This document shows positions 63,946 through 64,000 of a stretch of 64,000 nucleotides of DNA, one piece after another. Positions within the stretch are counted from its first letter, which is position 1. Every line of letters begins with the position of its first letter. The position numbers and the translations under genes were made by a program. The stretch spans positions 167,204-231,203 of the forward strand of contig OZ246405.1 of the NCBI GenBank assembly GCA_965231005.1. Reading direction: 5' to 3'. This DNA is from an uncultured Gammaproteobacteria bacterium (GTDB lineage Bacteria; Patescibacteriota; Patescibacteriia; Magasanikbacterales; UBA922). A model generated the notes under the pieces. The model made no database searches. It was not told the DNA's origin and saw only the letters and a program-made list of their open reading frames with translations.

Positions 63946-64000
63946 AGTAATACAATCCTGATACACAGTTGATCCATCATTATATCCACCTTGAGGATCA

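Noticed and set aside
1-64000. CRISPR array or cas genes
   Set aside because: No regularly spaced 25-40-bp direct repeats with unique spacers were seen. The repeat families present are 9-bp tandem units, TTGTTAATTG arrays and hairpin modules.
1-64000. Alternative genetic code (UGA recoding as in some CPR lineages)
   Set aside because: Long conserved genes (ileS, gyrA, thrS, ftsH) are intact in the standard code, so there is no sign of in-frame UGA.

Overview
This 64 kb window is a compact, AT-rich bacterial chromosome segment (about one-third GC by eye) dominated by housekeeping genes. The gene content fits a small-genome organism, possibly CPR/Patescibacteria-like or another reduced symbiont; this taxonomic guess is inference. 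Host genes recognised: a pyrE-like PRTase and a URA3-type pyrF, miaA, thrS, an ABC-F ATPase, type IV pilus ATPase pilB, a TrmB-like regulator divergent from a LivJ-like binding protein, a hicAB pair, ftsH, rpsA, gyrA, ruvA, pepA, ileS, rpiB/rpe, trxB, GT-C and GT28 glycosyltransferases, a PfkB kinase, an ATP-grasp enzyme, a SpoU methyltransferase, a XerC/D-like recombinase, tRNA-Arg(TCT), tRNA-His(GTG), an SPFH protein, and an OmpR/histidine-kinase pair that flanks a GAMT-like / AdoMetDC-like / GNAT module.

The main observation is that about 17 clearly GC-rich ORFs are superimposed on this background in seven patches (7.1-7.8, 18.5-21.0, 25.2-26.5, 28.9-29.5, 32.7-39.3 and 53.2-57.2 kb, with 59.5-60.6 kb moderately elevated). 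Each ORF is individually wrapped in AT-rich host-type parts: a TTGACA-N15-17-TAnnnT promoter, a GGAGG-type Shine-Dalgarno site (several share near-identical spacers) and a hairpin plus T-tract terminator. Recognisable products among them are a UPRT-like and an MTAP-like enzyme, an RNase III-like protein with two dsRBDs, a DnaJ-type zinc-finger miniprotein, a HAD hydrolase and a GATase1-like protein. Many large ORFs remain unrecognisable, including a 602-aa protein with an acidic linker and two tandem 110-aa repeats.

The 53-57 kb patch lies directly 3' of tRNA-His. Its first three cassettes are separated by copies of the tRNA 3' end plus terminator, and every cassette is separated by a conserved AAAAAAACACCA-N4-TGGTGTTCTTTTG hairpin. 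This looks like a serial cassette-insertion array without any linked integrase.

Other recurring structures are 9-bp tandem arrays (RGCNTTTAN x4-5) abutting the -35 of strong promoters, MITE-like about 200 bp elements bounded by inverted TTGTTAATTG arrays that also form SD-less leaders of essential genes, and long perfect hairpins next to cassettes. No CRISPR array, rRNA gene or integron integrase was seen. All coordinates and percentages are by eye; no computation or database search was run.
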